A DNA stretch of 64,000 nucleotides from a virus. The stretch's first letter is position 1. Each line of letters begins with the position of its first letter. Position numbers and translations under genes: made by a program. Positions 27,089-42,000 of the stretch are shown in pieces. The notes under the pieces were generated by a model. It made no database searches and had not been told where the DNA came from. It saw only the letters and a program-made list of their open reading frames with translations. The DNA is taken from positions 21,738 through 85,737 of the IMG/VR virus record IMGVR_UViG_3300023192_002962, one strand, 5' to 3'.

Positions 27089-30000
27089 TGGCTACTAATC
27101 CTACTGATGTTACATTTATAGACCCTGTAGACAAGTCTACTGTAAGACGTAAGTCGTCCGGTGAATTTAGTCAGATTGATCAACTAAAGGATATTTTTGA
27201 GAAACTACGAAAGATTATTTATGAAATAGAAGCAGGGCCAGATGGTTTCAATGCCATGGGTCCTTCTTTAGATAGTACGTTTACTACTACAAGTACAGCA
27301 ACAACCGGCTCTATGACTATGCAAGTAGATAGAGGTTTAGGGGCCCAGCAGTTAAGAGTTAGCATTATTTCTACTATGATAGATTCTTTGCTAATTCCAA
27401 ATAGTGTTCATTATACCCCTTTATTAGAATTTAAAGCCAAGATTCTTGATGAATCTTTGATTAAAAATAATGCAGATGTTACTTCATACTTTTCAGAAGA
27501 ATGGCAGGTACTATTGCATTATATTTATTTATTAGAAACAATATACTCAGCACATGCGGATAGTCTTTATCTTGAATTAATTCCTCTTAAGAATGTAGGA
27601 GGACCTGGAGCTTATGGTTTAGGAAGTATGAACATGAGCGCCATGGAGGTTCTTAAGTCTAATATTCTGCCTCCTTCTATAGTTTCTATAAAGGTAACTT
27701 CTACTAAAGACTATCTCAAGGATGGAACATACCAGAATATTTTAAAAAGTAGACATATTGAACCTTTTTATATGACACCTGAGTTAGCAGATAAACTGTT
27801 AACAGGTTATACTCTAGAAACTCCTCCCCATACCAGAGAAATGCCACCCATGTTTGCAGATCATCATATTAATGTATTTGATGGTACTGGTACAAAGAAG
27901 TATTACGCAGCACAGGGCGGTGTAGCGCATAATGCTATAATTTTTATGTTATCTTTTAGTAAAGCTCCTTCCAAGTGGCTGGAAAATGCTATGGATAATG
28001 AGGATGAATTTATAACTCTAGGGGAAGATATTGGAGCAGGGCCGGCTGATTCGCATTTAGATGTAATCTTATGGAAAGATGCAGCTTCCAGAGATGACCC
28101 AGTAAATAGACAGGCCATTCGAAAGATAATAACGACAATATTAGCTAACGGAAGAAAAAATATGTCTACTTTAGATGTGGATGATTATGTAATGTCAGTT
28201 GAGTCCCGGAAAGAATTCGAATTGTTTATTGACACTTACTTCGTTGAGTTAACTTTGGAGGAGGCCACAACACCTCCCCCTAATGGTAAATTTTTTATAA
28301 ATGGAACATGGTTTACGGATACACCTTTGTACCTACATACTTGGGCAAACGCTAATACTCCAGGAAGTCCAAATTCTGGCAAATTTTGGACAACTACAAA
28401 TTATGATTATTTACGTAAGACTTCATTGTTTGATAAGTTTTTTATAGGAACTAAATCGTTACGTCAATTAGCTAATGACGCTGGTAATTATCCTACAATA
28501 GGAGAACGCAGAGAAAAGTTTGTAGAATTTATAAACTCTTGGCACCTACTTGATAAACCAAACTCTATTAGAGCACTACAGAGCTTAATTGTGGATCATT
28601 TTAAAAACAATAGAAGTGCTTTTGCAGATTTAATAAGTTTTGGTGAGTTAAGAAATTTGGTTTTAGACTATTCGTTACATAATATCTCTCCGACTCATCC
28701 TTTGTACGTGCTTGACTCCTATTATAATATGCAGTCAATTACTTTAATAACCCCTACGGCTAAAATAGAAATAGCAACTCAAGATTCTATAGGACAAGAC
28801 TTATCCGGTCAAATACAATCTATAGAAAATTCAGAAGTAACTATTAATGTAACTGATAGCTTAACTGTTTCGAAAGTTCCAGGTTCAGAAAGCATTTCTC
28901 CTATAATAGACCAAAATGAAATAGAAACTTCAGACAAGGATATCTTACCATTTAAAGGTCTATTAGTGATGTCTACTATTTCAGCGGCTAATAGTGGAAT
29001 CGTGTATGAAGTATTAGACAGGTTTGGAACTATATGGAACCAAGGAGAAACTGCAATAACGTTTGCGATAAAAGATTCAAAAGGTAGTTTAGATCCTGGG
29101 AAATTGGGACTCAAAGGGCTGAAGTATGCCACTATCTTTCCGTTCTTTGATGAAAATGGTAATTCATTTCCTTATTCAAAAAATTATGCAACTATGACTT
29201 GGATAGAAGAAACTAAAAGTCTTTACTTCATTACTCATGATGAATATGGGTTAACACAATTTGATTATCATGCAGTAGCTTCAATTACTTTAGAGGATTC
29301 TAGTTTTACAGATGAACAGGTACCACAATGGAGAGTTGTTTTTGAGGCATATGAAGCAACAGGTGCCCATGTTTTTGATTTATATGGAGGACAGTTACTT
29401 GTATTTAATATTCCAAATATTCCGCAGGGGGCATTAATAACAGATAGAGTACAGCTCGGTATTACCTCTGTACCTAGTTATCCAGAAAAGGTTAAGAGTA
29501 AGTTATTTATTCAAGAGACCGAGCCTGTTACGCTAATGACTATTCCTGTTACTCAAAAGTTCGATGTTGAATACGATCTCTGGGGCGGCGACGGCTTTAA
29601 GAACCCCGATGGTAGTACACCGGTTGTTATGGACCCATCATGGTTTGAGGATAAGGATACTGAAGAAGAAGCATTAGATGATGGTGGTGGAACTATTTCT
29701 CCATCAATAACAACAACTTTCAGTATTGGCAGTAAGGAAGTACCAATTGATGAATATTTAAGAGTACTAGAAAAAATTCAATTTAATAAGCCCTCAGTTG
29801 CAACAGACATTTCAGATATAATACAATATAATACGGAAACGGGTGAATCATTAACCAGATCTACTTCACTACCAGCTAAAGCTTTACAAACGGATAGTCA
29901 ATTTAAATACGTAAGACCTGCTAATCCAGAGGACACTGGAGTAATGTATATTGGTGATATACTTTTTCATATACCTCCAGTTAATCTGAGGTTCAGCACT

Positions 30001-33000
30001 GTTAACCAAACAATGTCGATTCCTACTATGAGAACAAAAGGGGATCCTATTAATACAAGTAATAATAATATACCTAAGGTAGATATAACAGTATATTTTA
30101 AAGGAACAGAGCAAATAAATAACACTCTTAGACCTTTGCTTGCTCTTTCCCAAGTTATGCCAACTACCTCTGTTCAAAATACTACCATTTTTGATTCGTG
30201 GATAGGTAGGAGAGATAAACTTTCTGACAGTACCTTAGACGAAATAGATAGATTTTTACCATTACCGTGCTATTTAGAGAGCATAAACGTCGGTACTATT
30301 CCCGGTTTTCCGAATACACTGCAGGCACACATTACTTTGATTCAAATGGACATTTCACCAATGGTTCCAGTTTTAACCTATTGGAAATATACATCCGATG
30401 CTCTAAATCAAGCTATGATGAAAACAACAAGGCAATCTATAAGTAATACAATCTTAACTATAAAGGACAAAGAGACTCCAGGGCTTACCAAGAATCCTAA
30501 AAATGATAGTGAAATCAAAGTACTTAATTCAGTGGGTCAATTGTTAACAATAAAACTCCCGGATAAAATGGATCAAGTCGATGACGACAAAATTACCGTC
30601 TATCCCCAAGAATCATTTCCCTTTAGAAAACTATATAGAAATAGATTATTAGAGGAAGAGAATACTTTTAGTAGAGTAGTGAAAGATCCCTTCTTACATT
30701 GGAATAAATATCTTCCTGCAGAAAATTCTACTTTGTATTTGACATATAAATCCCCAAGATATTTTAATGATGAATGGTATAGTTTTAAAAGTAGATTTGA
30801 TCTATTAGCTCAAAATATGAATGGAGTCAGATTATTATTTCAAATAACAGGTGCAGGCCTGACAGAAGAAGCAAGTATATCAAATCTGTTTAGAAAAACT
30901 GAAGATTTTGGACTACGAGAGGCCATAGAATATATGGTAGGAGCATTATCTTGGGTAAAAGACTGGGACGCCACAATTAGTATTCTTAATAGAGAATGGA
31001 AAAAAACTGTTGTAGGTATGGCTCGAAGATTTGGATCTGAGCCATTAATGATAACATTCAATAATTTGGATGGTACAGAGGAAACAGTAAATTTAGCCGA
31101 CTGGGTAGATTCTACTAGTGTTGATTTAGAATATGTTGATGAAGACGGAAATATAAAACAACCAGTTAGAGATATTATAAACTCACTGGTTAAGAGATTT
31201 GCAGAAGACCTGCAGCCTGATAAACGAGCAAAAAATGGAAATGTTTTACCGGCGTCTCTTGATTTTGTTGAAACTATTATTCAAAATATCCTAATTAATC
31301 CTATATTTGATGAAGAAACTCCGACCAATCCTCTAAACTATGAAGATATACAAATAGGACTTGGATGGTCTGAGTCTCCGTCTGTAGAAAATATAGATCT
31401 TTTAGTTAAACAAGGTTTATTTCCGACTATGACTAAGGAAGGCAAAAAACAAAGAGGAAAAGTTGTTAGATATCATTTTCAATCCGTGATTCAATCAATA
31501 AGTTGGTCATATGCAAATAATTTATCTCCTATGTTTTTAGCCTCTTCTACGTTGCCGACTTATCAGCATATGGGAACAGCTAATGCTATGGTAACTATAT
31601 CTCTTAGAACACGAGATGAACGATTAATAAAAATATTAACAGATATGAAAGAAGCAGCTAATGCAATTGGTTCACAAATATTATCTGGAAATACAGAGTT
31701 GGTAGGTTTTGATGTTATTTCACTATCAGGGGCTATGGATAAAGTATACTCCGGCCATTTATTAAACTCCTTTGGCTTTAAACATTGCAGTATTGCAAGT
31801 ATGGAACATAGAAATATGGAAGGTTTTCCCGGGTGGTGGGAAGTAAATATTGATTTAATTGAAAATAATACTGTTCTAAGATCATGGGAAAACTTATCTC
31901 TTGTTCCATCAATAGGTTCAAATACTATCAATATACTTAAAAAAGCTTTATTTGCTATTCCTTTTGTTGTTGATTCAGGTGCGGAATTTGATCCTACACT
32001 AGCCGGTCTTCAAGGTACAGGAAAAGAAATCACAATAAAAAAAGATATTGGTGGTAAGAAGACGTATAATAATAGAACCCGCTCCGTCACGACAGCTAAG
32101 AACGTTGTAACAATAAAGACAACAATTCCAGAGAAACCTCCTTCAGAAAAATTAAATTTTGATGAAATAGCACTACAAGAACTTCCATTGGAAAGTATAA
32201 TAGATCACTTAGTAAGAAGGGTAGTTCATGTCAGGACAGGCAAGAACTATGCTAAAGTAACATTAAAAGAAGTTGAAAGATCTGGTACTATAAAAGCAAC
32301 TTATAAGGAGTGGACAATAAATTTTGATAAGGATGGAAATGAACTAAAAGGACGATATAGCAAAGATGAAATAGCTAGAGTAGAGGAAAAATGGGCATGG
32401 AAAGTATTCCAAAGTAAAAGAAAACCAAGCTATAAGGGTAATGTTGTTCTTGATCACTCGAAAGCTCTGGGTCCTTGGTTAGAAAAGTTGGCTGATATAA
32501 CTAAGTTGTTTTCAGAGTATGACAAATATCTTAAAGGTGCAGATGTTAATTATCCTCAGTATACTAACGAAGCACAAGGGTTACCCGATAGACAAATAGC
32601 ATTTGGTCTTCAAGCAGCCGTCGAAGATGCAATAGGTGCTTGTATTGAGATGACTTGTTATTTATTTGATTCAGCAGCATATAACTTAGTCGAGAGATCT
32701 TATAGAGAGGTTGAAGACAGAATTGCAAAGTTTATAAAGATGTATCCTGAGGCATTTTCATCTTCTGGAACTTTACCTTTAAGAGAGGCAATATTCAGTG
32801 CAGTGAAATATGGTCCATCTCTGGCCAAATATGATTATTCCGTCCAGCCTTCCACCACATTTTTTACAAAAGGACTCAGATATCATATTGTTAAAGGATT
32901 TTTTATAGACCCCATTAATGCCTCTATTAATTTAAATACTGATGCATTAACTATTGAAGCGGGTATGTTTAGTAATACTTTATCTAATAAATTAACACCA

Positions 33001-36000
33001 TTAATACGTAGGCAAGATTTCAGAGAACTGATAGATCAACAGGCGGAGGCATTTGGATTTTCATCTACTAATAAACCAGATTTAGCAGCATTGTATGCAG
33101 AGTTAAATAGATCTATTGCTCCAAATTATCCGGATCTAAATTTACCAGATATATATCTTACGTCAACCGGCACACAGTTAATGTCACCAACGTTTTGTTT
33201 TGTTGATATTGATCCAGATCTTGAAATAGTTGAAATGGAAAAATCACTTGTAATGCTAAGAACAGTATTCTCAACTCAAATTGCTGCTTTATGGGGAGTT
33301 ATTAATAAAAGAGCATACGATGACATACAAGCTTATATGGTTACTAATAATGGACAGAATACTCCTATGTTTGATACAGCGTTAAATACTATGAGTGCTC
33401 TTGAGATTGCGTTAGCAGGGAAGGGGGAAAGAAAACGAGGATTAGTAATTCCGGCTTGGTTATTAGATCAGACTGACCCCCTTGCTCCTAGAAAAGATAA
33501 GTTAGACATAAAGAACTTAAAAGCTGCCAATATTTTTAAGATAATGGGTGATCTTGTTAAAAAAATAGAACTTGAACAGACACAAAATAATGAGAATCCC
33601 GATCCATTGGCAAGAACACCATTAACAGTTCCATTGACAGAGGGGTATCAGGGTTTAGCTAAATCGGATCTTATGAAGATAATGAGTCTTACAGCATTAG
33701 TGGATTATGTTATTACTCTAATGGCAGTGGCTCCTTATGTAACTGATCAGGTAGAGGCGACTAAATGGCTAGGAGCCACTGATGGTCTTAATTTTGTAGA
33801 AGCATCAAAAGCATTATCAAAACATGTTGCAGGATTTCTAGAGGAGGACAAACCAAATGTCGAAAAGTTAGCAAGTATTTTTAAAAACACAGTACTTCTG
33901 ACAGGAATAGAGGACCTAAAGATAGACTCAGAAATTAGAATAAAACGAACTATAGATTTAATTCTTAAAAAGAAAAATAAAGCTTCATCTATGCTGACCA
34001 TAGCATCTACCGGAGATTGGAGTGCTTTTAATTCATTTATGGGTATTGGAAACGTAGATGGTGATTTTAAGAGAACTGAATTACTAACAAAATTTAATGA
34101 GTATATGCAGACAAAAAGAAAAGGTACAATGGATAGAGTGTATCCTGCTTTTAAGCTGTTTATCTTAGAGGAAGATTCCCCTGTATGGCATTCTTTTGAT
34201 GACTTCTATACATATGATGCTGCTAGTGAAATTTCAATCATAGAGAGTAAACATGCTGCTAGTAAAACTGCATTGTTAAAACTATCTAATGTTACTGGAA
34301 AATTAACTGGTAAAAAATATAATGATCTTATTAATGAAGGGTACATTCCTTTACCGGGCGCTAATGTAAATTTAAAAGTAGGCGCAGAAATAATGATATT
34401 ATTAGGATATGGTGCAGACTATCGACAGCTTAGAATGAAGTTTAAAGGGGCAATCACAGAAATTAATCCAGGTGCTATACTAGAACTAACGGCACAATCG
34501 TGGGGAGCAGGTTTACTTAATCAAGTTGGTTCTCTTGGTGGAATTGAGCATACAACACTAAATGGAGCTTCTACACTAGGTGGAGTTCTGTTGGATATAC
34601 TAACTCAAACACCTGGGTTAGGGAAACTAGGAAGATGGGGTCTCAGGGACTGGGATAAAAATGATCCCAAACATTTTACTTATACATCTTTAAAGAGAAT
34701 ATATTATGCCAGAGCAATGAATTCTGCTTTGGGTTGGATTCCTAGTAAGGATTTTGCAGTTGTTAGTAATATATCTGATATACTGGGGGGCTTTTTGGAA
34801 GATAGATCTGAGGGTTTACCTTTTACTGGAAAAGGGGTTCTAGAAAAATATAGACAAAATGATGTAATTGTCCGCTCTGTTGGTAATGCTATTTTTGATA
34901 ATATTATAATTAATAATAATAAATTAGACGGGTATGGTCTTTTTCAGTGGGTGTCCAGGGTTACAAAGATATCCAGTTGGGGATTCTCTTGGCATATTTA
35001 TGCTCAATCAGCATGGGATGCTTTACATGAAGTTACATTGTTTTTAGGCGATTATATAGTGACGACTCTACCATTCGATGAGGGAAATGATGTATTCAGT
35101 AATCCTCCGCGTGAAACTTTATATGTAGGCCCTAGAGAACATTTATATAATGCATCTTCTTTTAAACCAACATTTAATATCAGAGATATAATGGCTGAAA
35201 TAATTAAGGACTATAACAATAGTTCAACTATTGTTGCTAATGCTACTGAGCTGGCTAAAGACTTTTCAACGAATTTAGATAATGCGTTGGCTAAACTTAA
35301 GGAATTAGAGGATGGAGCAGAGTTTCCCGTTGGAGAGCCTCAAGTTGCCAATGTACCAATGTATTGTACAGAATGGTATGACGGGCATGAAGAAGATCCA
35401 GCAACTTCTCCAGGAGATGAATATACCGTACTTTATACTATTCCGACTCCTTATGATGTAGGCGCTTCTGGGGCAACTTTTACATTTTTTGTACCCGAAA
35501 AAGATAGTTTAGACAAGGATCAAGCCTCAAATCTAATAAATCCTGGATCCCCTTATCCGGCTGTGCACGTTCTTGGTGATTTTGTAAAAGATCATGGAAT
35601 TCCTGGTTGGGGAGGAATGATAGAAGTAACTCGAGTTAAAGCTACAGATAGAGTTACCGGTCAGCAGTTTAATGCGGAAGTAGAATATACTAATGTAGGA
35701 GATGGATCTACAGCAGGATGGTGGGTTACTGTCAAAGATTTACCTGAAGTAGGAGCTACCTTTAGTCAAACGGTTTCTGAGGAATATTCTGACATTGAAA
35801 TATTTGGAGCGTCAGGAAACTATTATGAATGGAATGCAGCTCCATTTTCTTCTGCCGGATCAACAGGTTCTAATGGGTTTAACCCAGAGCACTACATAGG
35901 AAGAGGCAAAGTTCTCTTATCAACTCCAGGAAATAAGCCAATACAAGATGGAAGTTTAGACGTATTTTTAATAACGTGTAATAGTGGGGGCCCTGAGTGT

Positions 36001-39000
36001 GAGGAACAAATCTTTGAAGTAGGAACGCTAGGGTATACAGGAAGCGGGGGCGCAACAGGATTTCAAGTAATAAGTACTGTAGATATTTTGGGCCCAACTT
36101 ATGCAGGGTCAACTCAGACTTTTCCTCACGGAACTAGGGAGTATATAGAAAGATCTTATATACTAGAAATATACGATACTCCAAGTATATTCTTATATGA
36201 TGAAAAATCAAGTGATGTTACTGGAGCTTCTTATGATTATGAACTTAGAGCTCCTATTAATTCAGATTCAACAAGCTTCTCTTATCAGACTAAGTATAAA
36301 GTAGCAACTAAATCTTTAGACTTAGGATGTAGTTATGCTAGGGAGTCTCATAACGAAGATGTAGGAGCAGGGACTTATTCTGGATGGGAGTATGATATTT
36401 ATCCTGAGGGAGATTTACTATTAGAGATTCCTAACTGTCGACCAGTGTCCGGAGACTGTCCATGGTTAGATGAAGCAGAACCACCAGGTATGGATCAATA
36501 TGGTCCACATATAGAAATTTCTGAGGAGGATTATGGATTAATTATTGAGGATAAAGCTTTTCTTAAGATACCACGTAGTCCGTGGTTTAATCAATATATC
36601 GCTGATGCTTTTCCGGCGCAATCATCTACCTATTCTTGGCATGTACCAAATTTAGATCCAGATCCAGACGAGAGAGTATGGTTATCCAGATGTGGGGTTG
36701 CTATTTCTAATGATTGGTTAGATTATAATGGAACATCAGAAAGTAATGCTGATCCTACATGGTGGGCTCCAGAAAAACGTTGGGACTGGATATTACCCAA
36801 TTCATTTCCGTCTCAAATAGCTGAATCCGACGCAGGGTATATTGCGCCATATAGTTCTAGTATTTTTTGGAACTGGATAGCTGCAAATAATGCAATGTGG
36901 ACCACATATTTTACAAGTGGATTTACTTCCCAATGGACAGGTAATGGTATTATTTTTCCAGATCCTCAAGACTTGTGGACATCTGTTTCTCAAATAAATA
37001 CAGGAGGAGTAGGTGCTTGTGATGCTAGTACTGTATGGCAGACAGTAAATGAATGTACAGAGCTTAGCTTTACTAAATTTCCACCAATAACTTGTTCTGA
37101 GCATACAACATATGGCGCAGGAGCGCCACCTCCTGATTGTGCTGGAAAATGTTCTGGTGAAATAGGATATGGTTCTTTATTAGATGAATGTGGGGTATGC
37201 ATGGATCCGGGCTGTACAAATACAGGTCCAGGCGCTACGTTTACTGAAAATCCATGTAATGGAGATGAATATCCTGGAAATGTAAATGAGGAAGGAACTG
37301 GATGGAATCAAATATGTGCAGATTGTGGAGGGTTAGCTAATGGTGATTGGTTTAATAATCAATGCGGGGATTGTGTAGCACCTGAGTCCTTTGGGGCAAC
37401 TGCCTGTATTAGACACTGTAATGGAAGATATTATTATACAGATGGAGCTGATTCTATTGATCAAGCTAGTTTGATATCAGGAACTACAGGTCCCCAGATT
37501 GATACTTGTGGAGTGTGCATGTATTCATATGGCGAAGGGGCACAGAATCCAAGTTTACAAACATGGTCTACTAATACAGATTGGCAATTCTGGGGAGGAA
37601 CAGGCATTAATCACGGAGCTGGCTTTGGGTGGAACAAACCCTGTGCTGATTGTGCACTTGAACCTGGGGGCACAGCGCTTCATGATAGATGTTATCAATG
37701 TGTCGGAGCAACTACTGGAGGTACCTATGCCGCAGATACGGTTGTTCCTTGTGTTACGGATTGTGCAGGTAACTGGGGCGGTACAGCTGAATTTGATGAT
37801 TGTGGTGTTTGTGTTTATGATACTGCTAGTGGTGACGGCACTGGATGGAATCAAACATGTGTAGACTGTGCTGGAGAACCAGGAGGTACTGCATACTATG
37901 ATAACTGTGGAGTTTGTGTTGGTCTAAGTACTACAGGTCCTTACCCGGCAGGGGCAACTGCTCCATGTATTGCAGATTGTGCAGGAAATTGGGGAGGGGC
38001 TCTGTTAGATACCTGTATTGGAAATAATGCTACTGAAGAAGAGGACTGTGTGAATAATGGGGGTTTTTGGTCACCTTTAGGATATGATATATGTGGTAAC
38101 TGTGGGAAATCTGTAACAGATGTAACTCCTCAGGCATTTTGTAATAATGGTACTCAGTATAACGATTGGTATACTGGATGCGGAGCAAATATTAATGACT
38201 ATTTATTTCCAGGAATAGGAGTTTATGAAGAAACTAATGGATGGGCATTTTACGCTGTGTATAATGAGGACGATCCGACTGGTTCTGATCCATTGGATAC
38301 AATTCACAATTCGTTCCATTCTTCCTACGGAGGAAATGGTGCAACTTTTTCAGGTGAAGATACAGCTAGAGCTGCTGCATATGACTGGTGGGAGAATTTA
38401 TCTAATCAATCTTATGGACTGCCTCAGAGTCCTTTTGGAGATTGTACTTGTTGGGGCGGTAATGAAGATAGTGACTGTGATGGAAATTGTCAGTATGATA
38501 GATCCTTTAGTTATAATAACTCTTATGACGATAGTGCTTCTCAGTTTGATGATTGTAATGTATGTGTACGTGCCTCTACTTATAACTCTGGGTCATGTGC
38601 TGATTGTTCTGGTGTAGATAATGGTAGTGCCTATACTGATGATTGTGGGAATTGTGTATCAACTCCTGATGCAGGGTGTGCAAAAGGATGTGACGGCATA
38701 TGGTATGATGATAGCTCTCAACCTGAATACGATGATTGTACTATTTGTACAGGTACATTTCCAGCAGGTGTTCCTACTTACAACGATGAATCATGCTATG
38801 ATTGTGGAGGAAATGTTAATGGAAATTTGCATATTAATAGATGTGGGCATTGTGGTGATCCATCTGATACAGGTGAGACAACTTATAATAGGTGTGAAAT
38901 GGCTTGTGACGGAACATGGCAAACTAGAGTTTATGAGGATGATAGTGGTATAGGGGAAGATAGAGTCTTTTATTATCAAACTGGTTATTATAATCCATCG

Positions 39001-42000
39001 TATCCAGCTAGATTGGATTGGTGTGATATTTGCCACTTTGAAGGTTCTGAAGAACCGGGTTGGGACTTCCCAGATCGGCCGGAGTGGAATGAAAATTGTA
39101 CAGATTGTGCGGGTGTTTTAAACAAACGACAACATTTACTTCATAATCAAGATAATGAATTTACTGCTACTGAGAATAAATGTGATGAATGTGTGTCTTT
39201 AGATACTTGGAGTATGACAAGTTGTGCTCCTGAAGGTACTGATAATTGCCAAAAACGGTGTGATGGAACTTGGTCTATAGCAAGTGGAACTGGAACTTGG
39301 CCACCATATGATACAAATGAATGTCCTAAACCGATATTCAATGATGGAGCAACTGCAGATAATATAGATAATTGTGGAGTATGTGGAGGAACAGGTGTTC
39401 CATTTGGAGATACCTTAGGTGCTGATATGACCTATTATGGATGTGGATGTGAGGAAGCCTGTCGAGGAGATGTACCTTGGCAACTAAGAACGGTATATGA
39501 AGCAAGGCATAAAGATCCGATTAAAGTTGTAGTCAGGTATTCCTATATAACTGATTTTATAGATGACGCATTAGAATTAGATATTGCAATCTCATATTAT
39601 GTTAAAAAAAAGTGTGCACAATTTGCATTTGAGCTTCCTCGAATTCCTACTAATATAGGAGTAAGTACAATAGAACAATTAGGATTTATTACAATGGATC
39701 CTCATAATATTCAAGCAAAAATCACTATAAATCCTGCAGATTATGGACAGGAAAGTCCTGATGGAGGATCATCTCCCTATGAGATAACTATGAATTCGTT
39801 TAGCCAATTTGGTCAATTAACTCCAGAGGGCGAGGTAACTGTTAATGAAATTGATCCAAATAATCCACCTGAGTTGTTAGATGCAAATCCAAATGTGATA
39901 GGAGCAAGTACAACATTAGCGCTTATTAATAAATATACAGTGGTACCAAAAGTTCATAGACAATTAAATCATGCTATTTCATATTTATCCTCTACTCCAG
40001 TCCCTGTGGATTACAACTTTTATTTTAAAACACTTGGTTCGTGGGTAGAGGTGACTTATAACTTAATTAATCATGTAGCAGCTAATCCTTTACAGATAGC
40101 AGGGGCCCAGCAAGCAGTGCAAGAAATACAAGCTAATATTAGCAACGTAGCCGAGTTAAAGGAGTTGGTTGCCAAAAATGAACAAGAAGTTTTAACATTA
40201 GCTAAACATAGTATTTCTAAAATAATAAAAGATATTTATAATCTTCAGGGGTATGGGCCTGGTTCATACTTAAATGGAGGATGGGAGTGGAGAGAGTTTG
40301 TTCCAATCTTTGTAAAACAGTTGATAGGGAATGGTTTTCACCGCTATGCAGCGATAGTATCAAAATGGGCAAGTGTAGGTTTCTGGAGTCCCTTCTTATC
40401 TAAAAAAATTCTGATATGGGGCATAGATATTAACGTATGGGGAAAGGTAATCCGAGAGATTGGCTGGTATGGGGATAGTCCTGTTCCTTTTACATATACT
40501 AAAGTTCATGAGATTTTAGTAGGTGATTATGAAAAAAACTTTATTGATAAAACTATGATGAGTAGTATTGAAATAGATGAATACTCTGTTGGGCTACTAG
40601 AGTATGTAAATAAGCTAAAAAAACTAAATTCAGAAGACTGTGAGTGGATGACTCCTGTTGTCGATCCTGCTACTAACGCTAACGTGTCTAAGTATAACAA
40701 GCAGATGTACAATTTTCGAATAAGTAAAGATAAAATGGTTTCTGAATCAGTAAAGGTTGATGAGAATGTGGATACTGGAGGTTATAGAAATACATCAGGC
40801 TTCTATCACAAGGACAAACCAGAAATGAAAAAGCTCGGAATGGAATTTAAATATCTTGGTGGTATTAAAGGAGATATTACGTTTGCGGGCATTGATCTTA
40901 CCCTAACAATCTCATCTGTCGGGGTTCTTCAGCATTTAACGGACATGTATCATAATATATTTTTACTGTCGAAGCAAGATCTGGCCATGAAAGAAGATAT
41001 AATTGACATAATGAAAAATCAAATAGAAGGCAGAGCAGCAGGTCTGGAGAGTTATAATATAGAAGAACCTGGTTATAGTGATATGTCTCTTGTTCTTATT
41101 GAACTAGAAGATAGAATAAGAGAAATTAGAGGATTAAATAATATATTTAGTTATAAGTCAGTAGTTCAACATCACTTCGTAGATAGTTATAATGATATTT
41201 TGCAGAATAATATTATTGCTACAGCTGATGAAATGTTTAATCATGTTTCTATACATTATTTAGCAGAACCCTCTAAGGCTAAAACAAATACGTCTGCTGA
41301 GTATTATAAAACAGAAGCTATGGTAAGCTATGACCAGGATGCTGATTATTTGAGAACTTATACCTCTTATATGAAAAATATGGATCCTAATATGTTTAAA
41401 GACTGGTCGAGTGCAAATGTTTACTTAGGAGACCATAGAGCTAATGATGAGTTTGCTCAGGAGCAAATATTGGATGCATTTACACCAGAAGCTTCAAACA
41501 TAGCACAAAATGTACTAAGAAATGTTATTAAACCTATGTATCAAGGAACGTTAAGTATGTTGGGTAACCCTAATATAAGACCATGGGATGTAGTATACAT
41601 CTATGATGATAATATAGCTATGTATGGTCCAGTAGAAGTAGAACAAGTAGTTAATACAATATCGGTAGATGGAGGATATATAACTACTATTATTCCTAAC
41701 CTCTTGATTTATGATAAAGATTCAATGAGAGCAATTGAGCAACAACTAATGAGTCATATCCAGCAGTTTGGATTTAAAAATATGGCAGCTTTGGGGGCGT
41801 ACTCCCTCATAAGACTAGGCGCCGCCAGAGTAGGATGGAAATGGGTCTATAATACGTTTTTGAAAGCATCTTCGGAAGGAGCAGGACTCTCTGTTTATAA
41901 CGCAACTGCAAAGCTATGGGAACTATCTGCTAAGCAGGTTGCAGATGGAGGCTCTCGGTCGGCATTTGCATCAGCTAAACTAGCTAATAAGGCTCAGACT

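Noticed and set aside
37499-38953. Three alternate-frame hydrophobic ORFs (121, 130, 110 aa) in the Cys-rich region
   Set aside because: They are by-products of GAT/TGT-rich repeat codons, which read as Met/Val/Ile in the shifted frame.
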